A stretch of DNA of 54,315 nt from Girardia tigrina. Its lineage: Eukaryota. Below are positions 39,773-50,551 of this stretch, piece by piece. Position 1 is the stretch's first letter, and each line of letters starts with the position of its first letter. The notes under the pieces were generated by a model. The model did not search any database. It had not been told where the DNA came from and worked only from the letters and a program-made list of their open reading frames with translations. The stretch is taken from positions 1 through 54,315 of the forward strand of contig MQRK01245379.1 of the NCBI GenBank assembly GCA_001938485.1, given 5' to 3'. A program made the position numbers and the translations under genes.

Positions 39773-42700
39773 TATATATTTTGGCGCTGAATTTTTTAAA
39801 ATAAAAAATATAATATTAAAATGTAAAAAAATAAAAAAATTTATTAACTTAATTCATATCAAATAACTTAATTATAATTTGATATAATAACATGATTAAA
39901 TAATTTGAATAATTCCAATAAATAGATTCACTCACAAATGCCATTAGAGCATTCGAAAAAAAAATTTTGACTCTTCTTTCTAGTCTTGAACTGGATTTTA
40001 TTGATCAAACGTATCTTATCTTTCAATGCCAGGTGCGCCCGACATGCAGCTGCCGATTTGATACTTTCATTATATCTAACGTTTTCGGGTTGAATTCAAT
40101 TTTCTTATTGATCAAATTCAAACGATTCAATAGATCTGAATCGATATCCTTATAGTATTTTTATTTTAAATTGAAATATTTATTTTTGAAATGTTTTTTT
40201 CATTTTAAATTGAGATTTTTATTTTTATTTTCATTTTTGAAGATTTAAATGCGTATGTTATAGCTTATGGATGGAAAAGTAAAAAAATCGGCATTCGCTT
40301 GGTATTAAGAACATTAATTGAGTTTTCTTTACATTTATTATTATCACAATTTGAATTGTCACTACAACAATTCTCCGTAAAATTTGCGTAGCTCGTCATC
40401 GTTCTTGATTGATAATCTTTAATGATATTCTTTAACGTTTTATTATTCAAATAAATTTAAAATACAATTTAATTATTACAAAAATAATTTATAATTGAAA
40501 TTTAAAATAATTTTTATTTATTTTAAGAAAATATTATTAAAATATTATTTATGAAATATTAGTTTAATTTTAAAGTGATTATTTAACTTTTAATAATTGA
40601 TTAAACAACTCGACGTTTTAAAATATTTAAGATATCAATCTACCATCTGGGTGGGAGAAACACAATCCTAAAACAACATACCAAACAACAACACACAATA
40701 AACACCATTCAAAAATATTATTCACACTTGGTTTTGATACAGACTACTTATTTATTATTTTTAATTCAAAACTCTTCAAAACATAAACATTAAAAAGTAA
40801 TTTTAAATCACAAAAATAGCTTATAAAAACATTGGTAAATAAGTGTAGAAATTAAAAAAATATATTTAATAGAAACACTAAAAATGAATAATTCAAAAAT
40901 CAAAAAAGTTAAATAAACATTTGGTTTGAATTCCGCGTAAAAGAAATAAAAACACATTTTAAAATAAACAATAATGTTAAATAATTAATAAAAATACAAT
41001 TATAATAATTTTATAAAATTTGTAAATGAAAAAAGATTTAACAAAATAAATGAAATTGACGAAACGAATATCGATTCTTTTTAAAAGAAGAAATAAAATA
41101 CCAATGATGAAAGGATAGAAAAATTTGTTTAAATTTAAATGAATTATCATTAATAAAATTTTTGATAATTATAAATTCTAGTTCGAATACACCCATTCTC
41201 ATTTATTTATGCCACAAAGGCATTTATATATGACAAAAATATGTATTAATTATCGATATCGAATTAAATATGTGATTATATAAATTGAAAATATGGCAAA
41301 AGAATGAAGCAACAGCGTTCTCGATTGCGCGCTCTGCATAATGGGACGCTCTTGTAATTGCAATTTAGATTCAGAGATTTAAAGTGTTTACGACAAAAGC
41401 ATTCATCACAAACATTGGCTACATAAAGAAGTCAGGCAGTATCAACCCGGATTTAGCTGCATCAAAATCGCACCTCATTAATCTCTACAGAATCATGTCG
41501 GAATTTCCTCGCGGAATCCACTTTGACTCACTACAGAGAGTTTGGTGTTGGGAGTGCCAGATATTGGCGAGTCGCGTTTAGATTTTAAAATACCAATGAA
41601 TTTGGTAAAGGAAAAGATCACGTTTCGAAGTTTTTTGTTCAAAGAAACATTTCTATGTTATTATTAAATAAAATTTAAGAAATATTTGCTTTTTATTGTC
41701 TGATTTTGTTTATTTTGTATATAAAGATCTTAATATCAACTCGGATTTAGCTGCATAGAAACTGAATCCTCATTAATCACTACAGAATCATGTTGAAATT
41801 TATATATAATACTGAATATACTTTGACTCGTAAGAGGGACCTAGGAGTTTTGTGTTGTTAGTACCCGATATCGGCGAGTCACGCTTAGATTTATGCCGTT
41901 CAATTTGGTAAAGGAAAAGATCACGTATTGTTGATTTGTTCAGAGTAACAGATCTTATTTAATGATCTTGGAAAAACAATAAGGAGTATTCCTTGACCAT
42001 CAGAATTGATTTATGGAAATTATTTGTGATTTACGGTCTACTGATCCTATGGATCTTGAAACACTTGACGATAAATCAAAAAGTAGAGGATGAGTATAAA
42101 ATTCGATAAAACGAATTCGTTAAAACGATATAAACGCAACTAACAATTATCTTTCCATGAAATTTTATGCTTGAAATTCTATCACAAAAATATAATTTTA
42201 GTATCTCCAATAAATCGATTCACTCACAAATTCCGGGAAAGCATTCGAAAGAAACGTTTTTCTCTTCTGTTGCGTTTCAAATTGGATTTCATTGATCAAT
42301 CGGATCTTCTCTTTCAATGCCAGATGCGCCCGACACGCATCTGCCGACTTGATCCTATTATTATATCCCAACGTTCTCGGATCGGATTCACTTTTCCTAT
42401 TAATTTCTTCGAAAACATTCGGACAATTCAATCGATCTGAATCGATATCCTTCGGATCGGTGTTCTGAGGCGTCTTCTCTTTGATCTCGTCAATCACCAG
42501 CGGATTGATGCCCCTGTGGTCGGACTTATCGTAACCGGGCGTCAAGAAATGCGAAATCGGATTGACGTAGTTCTCGTAATCGCGATATGGTTGCGGCAGG
42601 CGATTTTCTTTCAGATGATTGACTTTTTGGAAATCCTCGTCTTTGATTTTATTGATGAAATCTTTGTCGTAGAAATTCTTGCCCAAACTGACTCGGTTTT

Positions 42701-42842
42701 TCCGTTTCATTTCGGCGATTTTGTATTCTTCTATGTTGTTCGGGCCGCAATTTTCGTCCATATAAAACAGACATTTCGAGTCACGCAATCGTCTCGAATT
42801 GAGATTCGATAATCGTAAATCTTTGATTATCTGTTCCACCAT
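27227..42842 (-). CDS. SPATA48: SPATA48 (SPMIP7)-like ciliary/sperm microtubule inner protein. Seven exons: 42842-42228, 39312-39236, 39189-39051, 32535-32459, 32395-32354, 32301-32191, 27338-27227; 390 aa
   Basis: All introns are GT-AG with consistent phases (615+77+139+77+42+111+112 = 1173 nt). Family-like motifs: PYRD..VNPISHFLTPG, YNNRIKSADACRAHL, YTSTTQKAYEDIPFD, QIPTYSGCIGAYNKEDIDNP, FKPFTVLRS, GYTGK. Confidence 0.85.
27612..27831. mobile_element. piggyBac-type MITE (220 bp)
   Basis: TTAA-cccttcgtaac ... gttacgaaggg-TTAA. Confidence 0.85.
28148..28615 (+). pseudogene. Intronless EF1-gamma-like (GST-fold) pseudogene, cut off by a mariner insertion
   Basis: Frameshifted KSQRMQIIA*ISGKDIE..., M*WDNYIDTVLL...TLVF..., RHFLVRN*LSQAHLVLF...RRPLTNLNRWFRTI match the eEF1G GST N- and C-domain pattern. 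Confidence 0.75.
28618..29508 (-). mobile_element. Mariner, 5'-truncated
   Basis: TA-cttgggctgtctaataagttcc end. ORF 28698-29351 has TEDESW, HDNARPH and YSPGMNQCN (34 spacing). Confidence 0.9.
29509..29944 (-). mobile_element. Tc1-like transposase N-terminus with a 120-bp inverted duplication
   Basis: ORF 29600-29944 with paired-like HTH and GRPHK. 29509-29628 is the reverse complement of 29703-29822. Confidence 0.85.
31124..31907 (+). mobile_element. Mariner (mauritiana/Mos1-like); 5' part lies in the gap
   Basis: GKWIPHEL, VTGNEKW, LLHDNARPH, YSPDCAPSDYHLFRSM. Confidence 0.92.
32850..33307 (+). mobile_element. Penelope-like RT/linker fragment, interrupted by a mariner and resuming at 34411
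   Basis: FLNYMNSLYSNISLTFEYENN and LLSINGYSKSII are PLE RT-thumb-like motifs. KIGSI|FSSK reads through the mariner TA site. Confidence 0.7.
33308..34408 (+). mobile_element. Young mariner (cecropia-like); body lies in the N-gap
   Basis: Perfect 30-bp TIRs ttaggttggtcgaaaaataatggcggtttt with TA TSD. C-terminus FYADGIKQLVSRWQKCIDANGSYFD. Confidence 0.95.
35170..35423 (+). mobile_element. Mariner 3' fragment (irritans-like end)
   Basis: GIRKLT*R*EKCVKLNGDYIEK followed by aacttttgggacccctctcg-TA. Confidence 0.7.
36307..38662 (-). mobile_element. Cecropia-like (Hsmar1-type) mariner (middle element of the nest)
   Basis: TIRs ttaggttgatgcaaaataaatgtcgtttt / aaaacgacatttcttttgcatcaacctaa with TA TSD. 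Transposase EDEEHGSRPS, KLDKWVLHEL, PFLDRIVT. Confidence 0.95.
37524..38603 (+). mobile_element. Young mariner (inner element of the nest); body lies in the N-gap
   Basis: Perfect 29-bp TIRs ttagggtgagtcataagttgtggggcact with TA TSD. MEKFEIRVLLKFFWKKG ... QCIEHNGLYFES*. Confidence 0.95.
39742..39768. repeat. (TA)n microsatellite
   Basis: Seen directly. Confidence 0.95.
39936..40445 (-). pseudogene. Decayed duplicate of SPATA48 exon 1 inside intron 1
   Basis: 39915-40152 aligns with about 42207-42452 (KDIDSD..., IKSAAACRAHLAL, same ttt|gtgagtgaatc donor). Contains frameshifts. Confidence 0.85.
41438..41927 (+). repeat. Two diverged direct copies (about 41438-41625 and 41733-41927) of a coding-like segment
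   Basis: Shared ggatttagctgcat, ctacagaatcatgt and aatttggtaaaggaaaagatcacgt. VPDIGESRLD is kept through synonymous changes. Confidence 0.8.
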
Positions 42843-42900
42843 TTTTGTTCTCGAGTTTTTCTGATTTTATTTAAACTATGCAACACGAGTTAATTCGGAG

Positions 42901-42914
42901 TTTGCTATGACAAC
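42901..42914 (-). promoter_or_regulatory. RFX X-box-like motif upstream of SPATA48
   Basis: Minus strand GTTGTCATAGCAAA, about 60 bp before the ATG; close to the palindromic X-box GTTGCCATGGCAAC. Confidence 0.55.
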
Positions 42915-43551
42915 GAGATTTAAAATGATTATTAAAACGAATTCAATCGGTTCTTTTTTTGAGATAAATTATTATTTCTGTTTATTGAAAAATACAATAT
43001 TGCATTTTGTATTGAACTGGAATGAAAAAAAATTTTTAAATAATTTTTTATTAAAAATTAACGTATAATATTAGTAATTTTAAATTAACTTATCATAAGA
43101 AAAATTATCATATTACATCATTAATGAAATCTAATAATAAAAATATTCTAGCACGGAATCAAGATAAGGGAATGGACAACTAAGAGAAAATAAGCTATTT
43201 ATATTATAACTTATAATATAGTTAGAAACATGAAAGTTTTTATCATATCTAGAGCAGGGTGGGTCGAGACTAAGATTTTGGGAGGGGCGCAATTCTGTTT
43301 TAGACAAAAAATCGGAAATGAGAAAAAAGTATAATTATACTATGACATACTTGTTGTTATGTTTACCAAATTCTATCGTCAAATAAAAACATGCTCTACT
43401 TAAAATAATAGTATTATTTTATATTTTTTAATTTTATTTTAAAATATTTTATCGAAAAAAATATTTAATTGTTTTTGTTAATTTATAAGAGGTTTTGAGA
43501 AACGGAACAAATAATTCCAAAATGAATATTCGCCTCTGATATAGATTTATA

Positions 43552-44713
43552 CAGGGTGCGGCAGCTATTTGAGAACAAAATGACATAAAGTTCAAAAAAT
43601 GAATATACAACAGAAAAATAACATTTATTACAATTTAAAATTTTACATATATTAACACGTACANNNNNNNNNNNNNNNNNNNNNNNNNNNNNNNNNNNNN
43701 NNNNNNNNNNNNNNNNNNNNNNNNNNNNNNNNNNNNNNNNNNNNNNNNNNNNNNNNNNNNNNNNNNNNNNNNNNNNNNNNNNNNNNNNNNNNNNNNNNNN
43801 NNNNNNNNNNNNNNNNNNNNNNNNNNNNNNNNNNNNNNNNNNNNNNNNNNNNNNNNNNNNNNNNNNNNNNNNNNNNNNNNNNNNNNNNNNNNNNNNNNNN
43901 NNNNNNNNNNNNNNNNNNNNNNNNNNNNNNNNNNNNNNNNNNNNNNNNNNNNNNNNNNNNNNNNNNNNNNNNNNNNNNNNNNNNNNNNNNNNNNNNNNNN
44001 NNNNNNNNNNNNNNNNNNNNNNNNNNNNNNNNNNNNNNNNNNNNNNNNNNNNNNNNNNNNNNNNNNNNNNNNNNNNNNNNNNNNNNNNNNNNNNNNNNNN
44101 NNNNNNNNNNNNNNNNNNNNNNNNNNNNNNNNNNNNNNNNNNNNNNNNNNNNNNNNNNNNNNNNNNNNNNNNNNNNNNNNNNNNNNNNNNNNNNNNNNNN
44201 NNNNNNNNNNNNNNNNNNNNNNNNNNNNNNNNNNNNNNNNNNNNNNNNNNNNNNNNNNNNNNNNNNNNNNNNNNNNNNNNNNNNNNNNNNNNNNNNNNNN
44301 NNNNNNNNNNNNNNNNNNNNNNNNNNNNNNNNNNNNNNNNNNNNNNNNNNNNNNNNNNNNNNNNNNNNNNNNNNNNNNNNNNNNNNNNNNNNNNNNNNNN
44401 NNNNNNNNNNNNNNNNNNNNNNNNNNNNNNNNNNNNNNNNNNNNNNNNNNNNNNNNNNNNNNNNNNNNNNNNNNNNNNNNNNNNNNNNNNNNNNNNNNNN
44501 NNNNNNNNNNNNNNNNNNNNNNNNNNNNNNNNNNNNNNNNNNNNNNNNNNNNNNNNNNNNNNNNNNNNNNNNNNNNNNNNNNNNNNNNNNNNNNNNNNNN
44601 NNCGTAAGAGTAGCTTCTGCCATGTCTACCAGCAAAAATAAAATTATGTAATTATAACACACAAAAAGATATGGTGTCTATATTACGTGTTCTCAAATAG
44701 CTGCCGCACCCTG
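43552..44713. mobile_element. Young Tc1/mariner element; body lies in the N-gap
   Basis: Perfect 26-bp TIRs cagggtgcggcagctatttgagaaca with TA TSD. Confidence 0.9.
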
Positions 44714-44921
44714 TACATATGATCATTATTTTGGTCTGTGAGTGTGTGTTGGAATTAGTTTTTAGATGCATCAATAGCTTGAAAATGTCAAAACTTTTTA
44801 GGCTTTTGTGAAAAAGTTTGTTTTATTCAGTTTTCCCTTTTTTGACGAAGTAAGTGAAAATATATGAGATTAAAAGAGAAAGAAAGTAGTACATAAATAG
44901 AAAAATACACCAAAAATCTAG

Positions 44922-45567
44922 ATGTCAGAAAAAAAGAACGAGATGATGAAATTCATTAAAAAAAGTGCTGCTATCAAATGCTGTAGAGAAATTACTGAAA
45001 CGTATTATAAAAGAATATATCTATCAAGTAAATTAATAAAAGAATCACGAGAAAGTAAACAAAGGTGATGTAAAAACATTTTATCATAGCACTTTAATGA
45101 AAATCCAGAAGTTATATTATTAGACAATTAAAGCAAATTGCCAAATAAATAGGCAAATTTTTCATTTGAAATTAGCAAGGGAACAGTAAATCCAAAATCG
45201 ATTACAACTGTTATTTAACTAAAAAAGGTACCTTCGTTCGTGTTTTTGGAGAAACGTTTTGCAAATTTTATTTATAAAGTGGTTTAAGTTTCCTTGGTAA
45301 TAATTGAGAAATGTACAAATGAGTTACCTGTATCATATCAAGGAGCACAAGTTTTCCTTTCACCGATTACAATAATTTTAGCAGATCAGAAATATCAATA
45401 TAGAATAATTAAAAATTTGTGCCAATATTTTAGATCCAATGTAACAAGTGGATGAAAATAGATGGATAGCAGTCTGGTATCGAAAAGCAGTTGCATCTCC
45501 AGAAAAATTAGAAATGACAGCAATAGATAGAAATGTTGCGGCCGAAAACAAATTTTCATACACATAG
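44922..45567 (+). pseudogene. Decayed chuvirus-like / gB-type class III fusion glycoprotein (env-like) fragment
   Basis: Across frameshifts: KCCREITET..KRIYL / IQKLYY*TIKANCQINRQI / VNP..GTFVRVFGE / KCTNELPVSYQGAQVFLSPITIIL / CANILDPM*QVDENRW. Collinear with the motif series recalled for chuvirus-type glycoproteins. Confidence 0.7.
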
Positions 45568-45677
45568 AGTTAGAGGTCATAATACGCAGATTGTCAAACA
45601 CAACATGCAACAAACGCAAATAATATAAAGAAACACAGTAAAGTTAATACATATATTTGAAACATTACTAAAAATAC

Positions 45678-46750
45678 ATGGGTGGAACCCCGAAACTGTT
45701 CCAATCATCCCGCATTTGACAAGAAATACCGCATTGAGGCTGGAAGTAATACATAATGAAAATAGACAAAGTTGATTAAAAGCCTACCCGACAATGGGAA
45801 TCAAATAATTGCCCCTCCATTTGTTGAGCATCGTAAGATGAACTCGTAGAAATGAACCGCCAGTTGACTGCATCGTCCAGAGAAGAGCTATAAACTCTGA
45901 AAAGAAATAAAAATTAATTACAACAAATCAAAAAAATAACAAAGTCCGTTACCGAATCACCCGACAGAGTTAAGGTGTCGACCAACCCTCCCCGTGTAGC
46001 CCCTCACAAGACGAGTCCCTGAGTGAAACTCGTGAGACGACGACAGATTCCCGAAAGAAGTTATCGGTCCTGAAAGGGTAATAATTAATTAAGAATCAGA
46101 CAGAAAACAACAAAGCTCCTCACCGGGGTATCCAATAGAGTTAGGAGGTCAACCGACGCCCCCATGAAAGAGCATAGCAAGTGCAATTCCTGAACGAAAA
46201 CCGCAAAGTCCTAGCACTTTCCTGAGAAAATATATAACCCCTGAAAGAATCAGAAAGTTAATTAACAAATATAAAATAATTAATTAGACTTACCATGACT
46301 CAGTGGCAAACCCCGAGATCACCAGATGACTGTGAATCACCATGAATCATCGGTGAATAATCCACGCGTGTATTCTGAAAATATTAACGTATGTGTCAAC
46401 ACACAATTACGAAATTATAATAATAAATCAAAAAATAATAAATAATAATAGAAATAATAAATCAAAACTTACCAAAAATTTTTTGAGACACACGGGCAAG
46501 CATATGCCAAGAACACAAGTCCCGACCAACCAGCATCGTAGAATTTTTCAGACTTCTTGTTGGCAGAAGGCGATTGGCCGCGAAGAGACAGCAGGGTGGT
46601 TCATCTACAATATAAAATAACAGTCATTTTTCAGCAGAGAGACGCACAAGAAACAAAAACCTTTATTTACGCTTGCATTACAGCGACACTTTTCCGAAGA
46701 AATTTAAACGACATCGCTTATGACACTTGAAGACAACTCGAACGACAATT
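45678..46750 (-). other. Multi-exon, apparently non-coding transcription unit with six GT-AG introns
   Basis: Introns at 45740-45787, 45897-45952, 46070-46123, 46241-46293, 46375-46472 and 46605-46670. Exons are GC-richer than the introns and have stops in all three frames. Confidence 0.65.
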
Positions 46751-48290
46751 CACCTGCGAGAAACGTCTACCGAGCAGAAGACCGACGGACGAACTACAAA
46801 CGCCGTGAGAGCAACCCCCGGACTACAATTCTAATTTGTGTACAAATTTGACGAGTGGCACGTCAATTGACGAACGATTCGAGCCGCGAGCAGTAGATAA
46901 CGACAACCCTCCGGATACCTACATCGTTATTGTAATTTTTATTCATTTAGTAAACGTAGTTGATTGAGTTCTGTTCAATTTAATAAATGTATTTCGCTAA
47001 TCACTGTTAACTACTATGAATATATTTAATAATTATTTCATTTAAATGAGGATAATCAATTGAATTTTAGTGTATTGAGAGATATTAGTTGAGCGATTAT
47101 TATTTAATTTGATTTTAGTTAATACAGGTACCTGATTAGAACTACTCCTTGGCGGTCGATTAAAGGTCACCGAAGGTTCGAACGATCACTCTTTCGCAGT
47201 CAGCGTTAAGTCTTTATGTCCCGATCGTCGCCCTCGTCGTCAGCGGAAAATCTCACGATGAACGTTTATGATTTTCGGAGAAAATTTCAACTTGTAGGTT
47301 GGCTTGAGAATTTCAGAAGAATTTTAAATCGTCGATTGAGTTGTAGGACAAGCTACAGATTATTCAAACAAACAAAAAATTATACTGTTTAATTGTAGAA
47401 TAAATTGGTAGAATGAATTCTATAGCAATAATTTAATTTTAGAAAAATGTTTATTATTATAGGAGACAATTTATTCAGGTTTTTTTATAAAAATCTTCAG
47501 TAAGAATTAGTAATAATTTAATAATTTAGTAATAGCAATAATTCAATATTTTTTAATTTTTAATAATTTAATATAGTAATAATTTAATAAGAATCTCTAG
47601 ATTAATAAATTCTAGAAGAAATTTTATGAAATTCATAGTCACAAAAGAGAATTTTAAAAGAATGCGGTTATTGTTTAAGTAAAAATTTTGAGGAAACGTT
47701 TAATCGAGAGTTTTAATTTCAATCACAAGTCTAATTTCAAATTAAATTTAATTTAATCACGAACCTTTGAAATTTTAATGAGATCAGCTAAGAAACGTTA
47801 ACAAACGAAATCTGTTTCCTGCAGGAAATAAATTCGTTTTGAATTTTCAGATCGATAGAGTTGTTTGACGAATGTTGAATATTGATGGACAATAAATGCT
47901 AACGAATCTGATAGGGTAGGTGATAGCCTGTATAGGATATTAAATGTTAAGAGTAAGTTAGATAAATCGGTAACCTGATTAATAATGATAAAACGAGAAG
48001 TGTAGAAATCTTTCGATAAACATATTATTGATAAATTAGTAATAAAATAATTTATAGATAAACTCATCGCTGACAGACAGCCTATAAAGGTATTCAATAC
48101 AATATGCCAATGATATCTGTGTAAGTTTAGAAATTCGAAGTGAGATAACACCCCGACTACTCACCCAGACACAGTGCCTCAAATCGCATACAATACAAAA
48201 CATGTTCAACACAGGCATGATCGATACGTTCACTGAGAAACACTTCACACAACATTCCCCGATCGATACTGAGTTAGGCGGGGGGCCCAC

Positions 48291-50386
48291 TGTCTTTACT
48301 CGAACCAACAGGCCCTTCTAGCTCGGCACTGCCAGTCAGATGTCGAGTAAGAAGAGGCGTCCGGCCCTATCACGTAGCAATAGAGTATAAAGTCGAAATA
48401 AAATCATAATGTCACATCATAATAACACATTGTGAGCATCTAATGTTTGTAATTACCTCGATGCGTGCCTTGCCTTTGTTTCGTGATATTTGTGTACGAT
48501 TATCAAATTCTACGTAGTGAATCCCCCAGAAGGACTCAACAATTCATCTCATTCGTATTTTGTTGCAATAACAACAATACGGGGTCTGTTATCTATATAA
48601 TTAATAAAATAATGATTTATATTTATTTATAAGTTATCGAATCAGTATGATTGTTAAGACTTTTACTTGTAGAACTCTTTATCGAAATGAATTTACGATA
48701 TTCAGTAACACAGTCTTCAGTCCTATTTAAAACCACTCAGATTCATTTATTAGATCGAATTAATTCAGGATTACTCGTATAAAACTAAATTAAAATTATT
48801 AAAAACACTTACAAATAAAATATTATTATATTCACAAGAAATAAAATCAATTTCATTTATCTCTAAAATTAGAAGTGACACATAGTGATTCGCTAGAATA
48901 ATTTATTTTCCACAAACACACTAATAATACCAGTATCATCAGCAGTGGTTATCATCGATTTTTAATTCTCCGACAACTCTGTTTCGTTTCATAATTACTG
49001 GCGGATTCCCTCAACTGTTTTCGATGATTTATTTACAATGGCGAGGTCTTTAAACAATTACATTTCTGGCTCCATCAGGATCCTCGCATGCCTTTATTGT
49101 TAGTTTACCACATGACGACTGGGTGTTCTCTTTTTGTATCATGATTCGGATATCAGTAGCTCTGTATTTACTGTCTCATTAAGGATGGTACCACGTTCAT
49201 ATGGATATATTTGTAGGAGGAGGAAGGACGATGACGACGACAGACTAAAGGCTTAAAAATGTACCGACAAAGGTATAAATAAATTATTCGTTTATCAATT
49301 AATAACATAAATTAATTTTAGAAAGGAATATAAAGGGATATAAGAGGAATTCAAAAGAATATAAAACATAACGAAATTTTTTGCAATCAATTCTTCAAAA
49401 TCAGTTTTTGATCTTGTCAACACGCAAATGGATCTGGAAGAATGTTATCGTCAGTTAATCAAAATCTTCTTCCGAAATAGAATATATGCGTTGTCGAATA
49501 TAATACGAGCATTTGTCTATTAAATAGACATTGTCGAAATTAAAGTCGTGAATCGGTCGGTTAACACTTCGAATCAAGCGATTAAAAATATATGAAAATT
49601 GTGTCTGATAATTGTGACAGTAGTTGTTTCAATTACTCCATTAATTTGTGGCGACTTTCGATAAATGACTGTTGTAGTTATAGCAGATTTGTTAGTCTCT
49701 TTGATTTATGTTGAACCAATCGTTATCTGCCAACGACAGGTTTATCAATTTTCATGATTGTTATTGGCCAACTGAAATCATTTCTATGATGTATGCGTGT
49801 TCTCGAGTCAGCATGTGGTTAAGGTAATTTTGATTGCTCTCGTCAATATCTTTAAGTGTGTGGTTTCAGTCTGCGATTCTCAGCATTATCACATGCTTTG
49901 TGATTAACGGATTATTCATTATGAATAATCGCATGATGTTATTTTTCAAACTGGGAATGAATCATTGGTAACTCTAATTAACTTTATTTATTTAATTAAT
50001 TTTTTATTATATTTCAGGAGTGAATATCTTCCAAGGGGTTCATCTCACTTCTACACGGGTCTCGTACACAGGTCGCCTATACGGAAATGGTCCGTTGCTC
50101 AATTTCGATCATCAGGTGGGTTTTGGCGTGACTTTTAATATTTCAACTCATTTATGTGGCTTTCAGAATGCGAAGAATGACGACAGGATTTTACCAGACC
50201 GCGAGAAGATCCATGGTGATACCGACGACATCCACACGAATCTGGACCGTCGACTACAACTCATATTCGATCATGTGCTATTGTTATAAGTTTTTAATAC
50301 ATGTATCCTGTCAGATTTGTATTTCTTTAATTTATATGTCTTTTATATGTCTGATTGATATTTGTACTAAGTTTTCGACGGTAACA
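48291..50386 (+). mobile_element. Candidate LTR-like segment containing plus-strand mini-introns
   Basis: Follows the G-rich tract gagttaggcgggggg (48271-48285), starts TGT and ends ...ggtaaca. Introns at 49273-49321, 49824-49869, 49968-50017 and 50116-50166. No second LTR copy in the window. Confidence 0.3.
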
Positions 50387-50551
50387 CATGAAAAAATTCA
50401 AACTGCATGGTATAACCGTAAAAAAAGTAAACGTACAAAAAATAAAGAATTACATCACAATAGAAACATCGTTACTTCATCTGAGGTATTGAGTCATCTA
50501 TCTGGCTTCGTTTACTTTTCATGCTGTTAAATACGTAAATATTAGAATTTT

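Noticed and set aside
40630-40690. LPSGWEK WW-domain-like peptide or 24-nt micro-exon
   Set aside because: Too short; the rest of the WW domain is absent and it is not needed for the SPATA48 frame.
43255-43538. Possible hAT MITE with an imperfect 8-bp TSD
   Set aside because: The TIRs match poorly.
46473-46604. Selenoprotein or alternative-code reading of the antisense exons
   Set aside because: TAA and TAG stops also occur in every spliced frame, and the host genes use the standard code.
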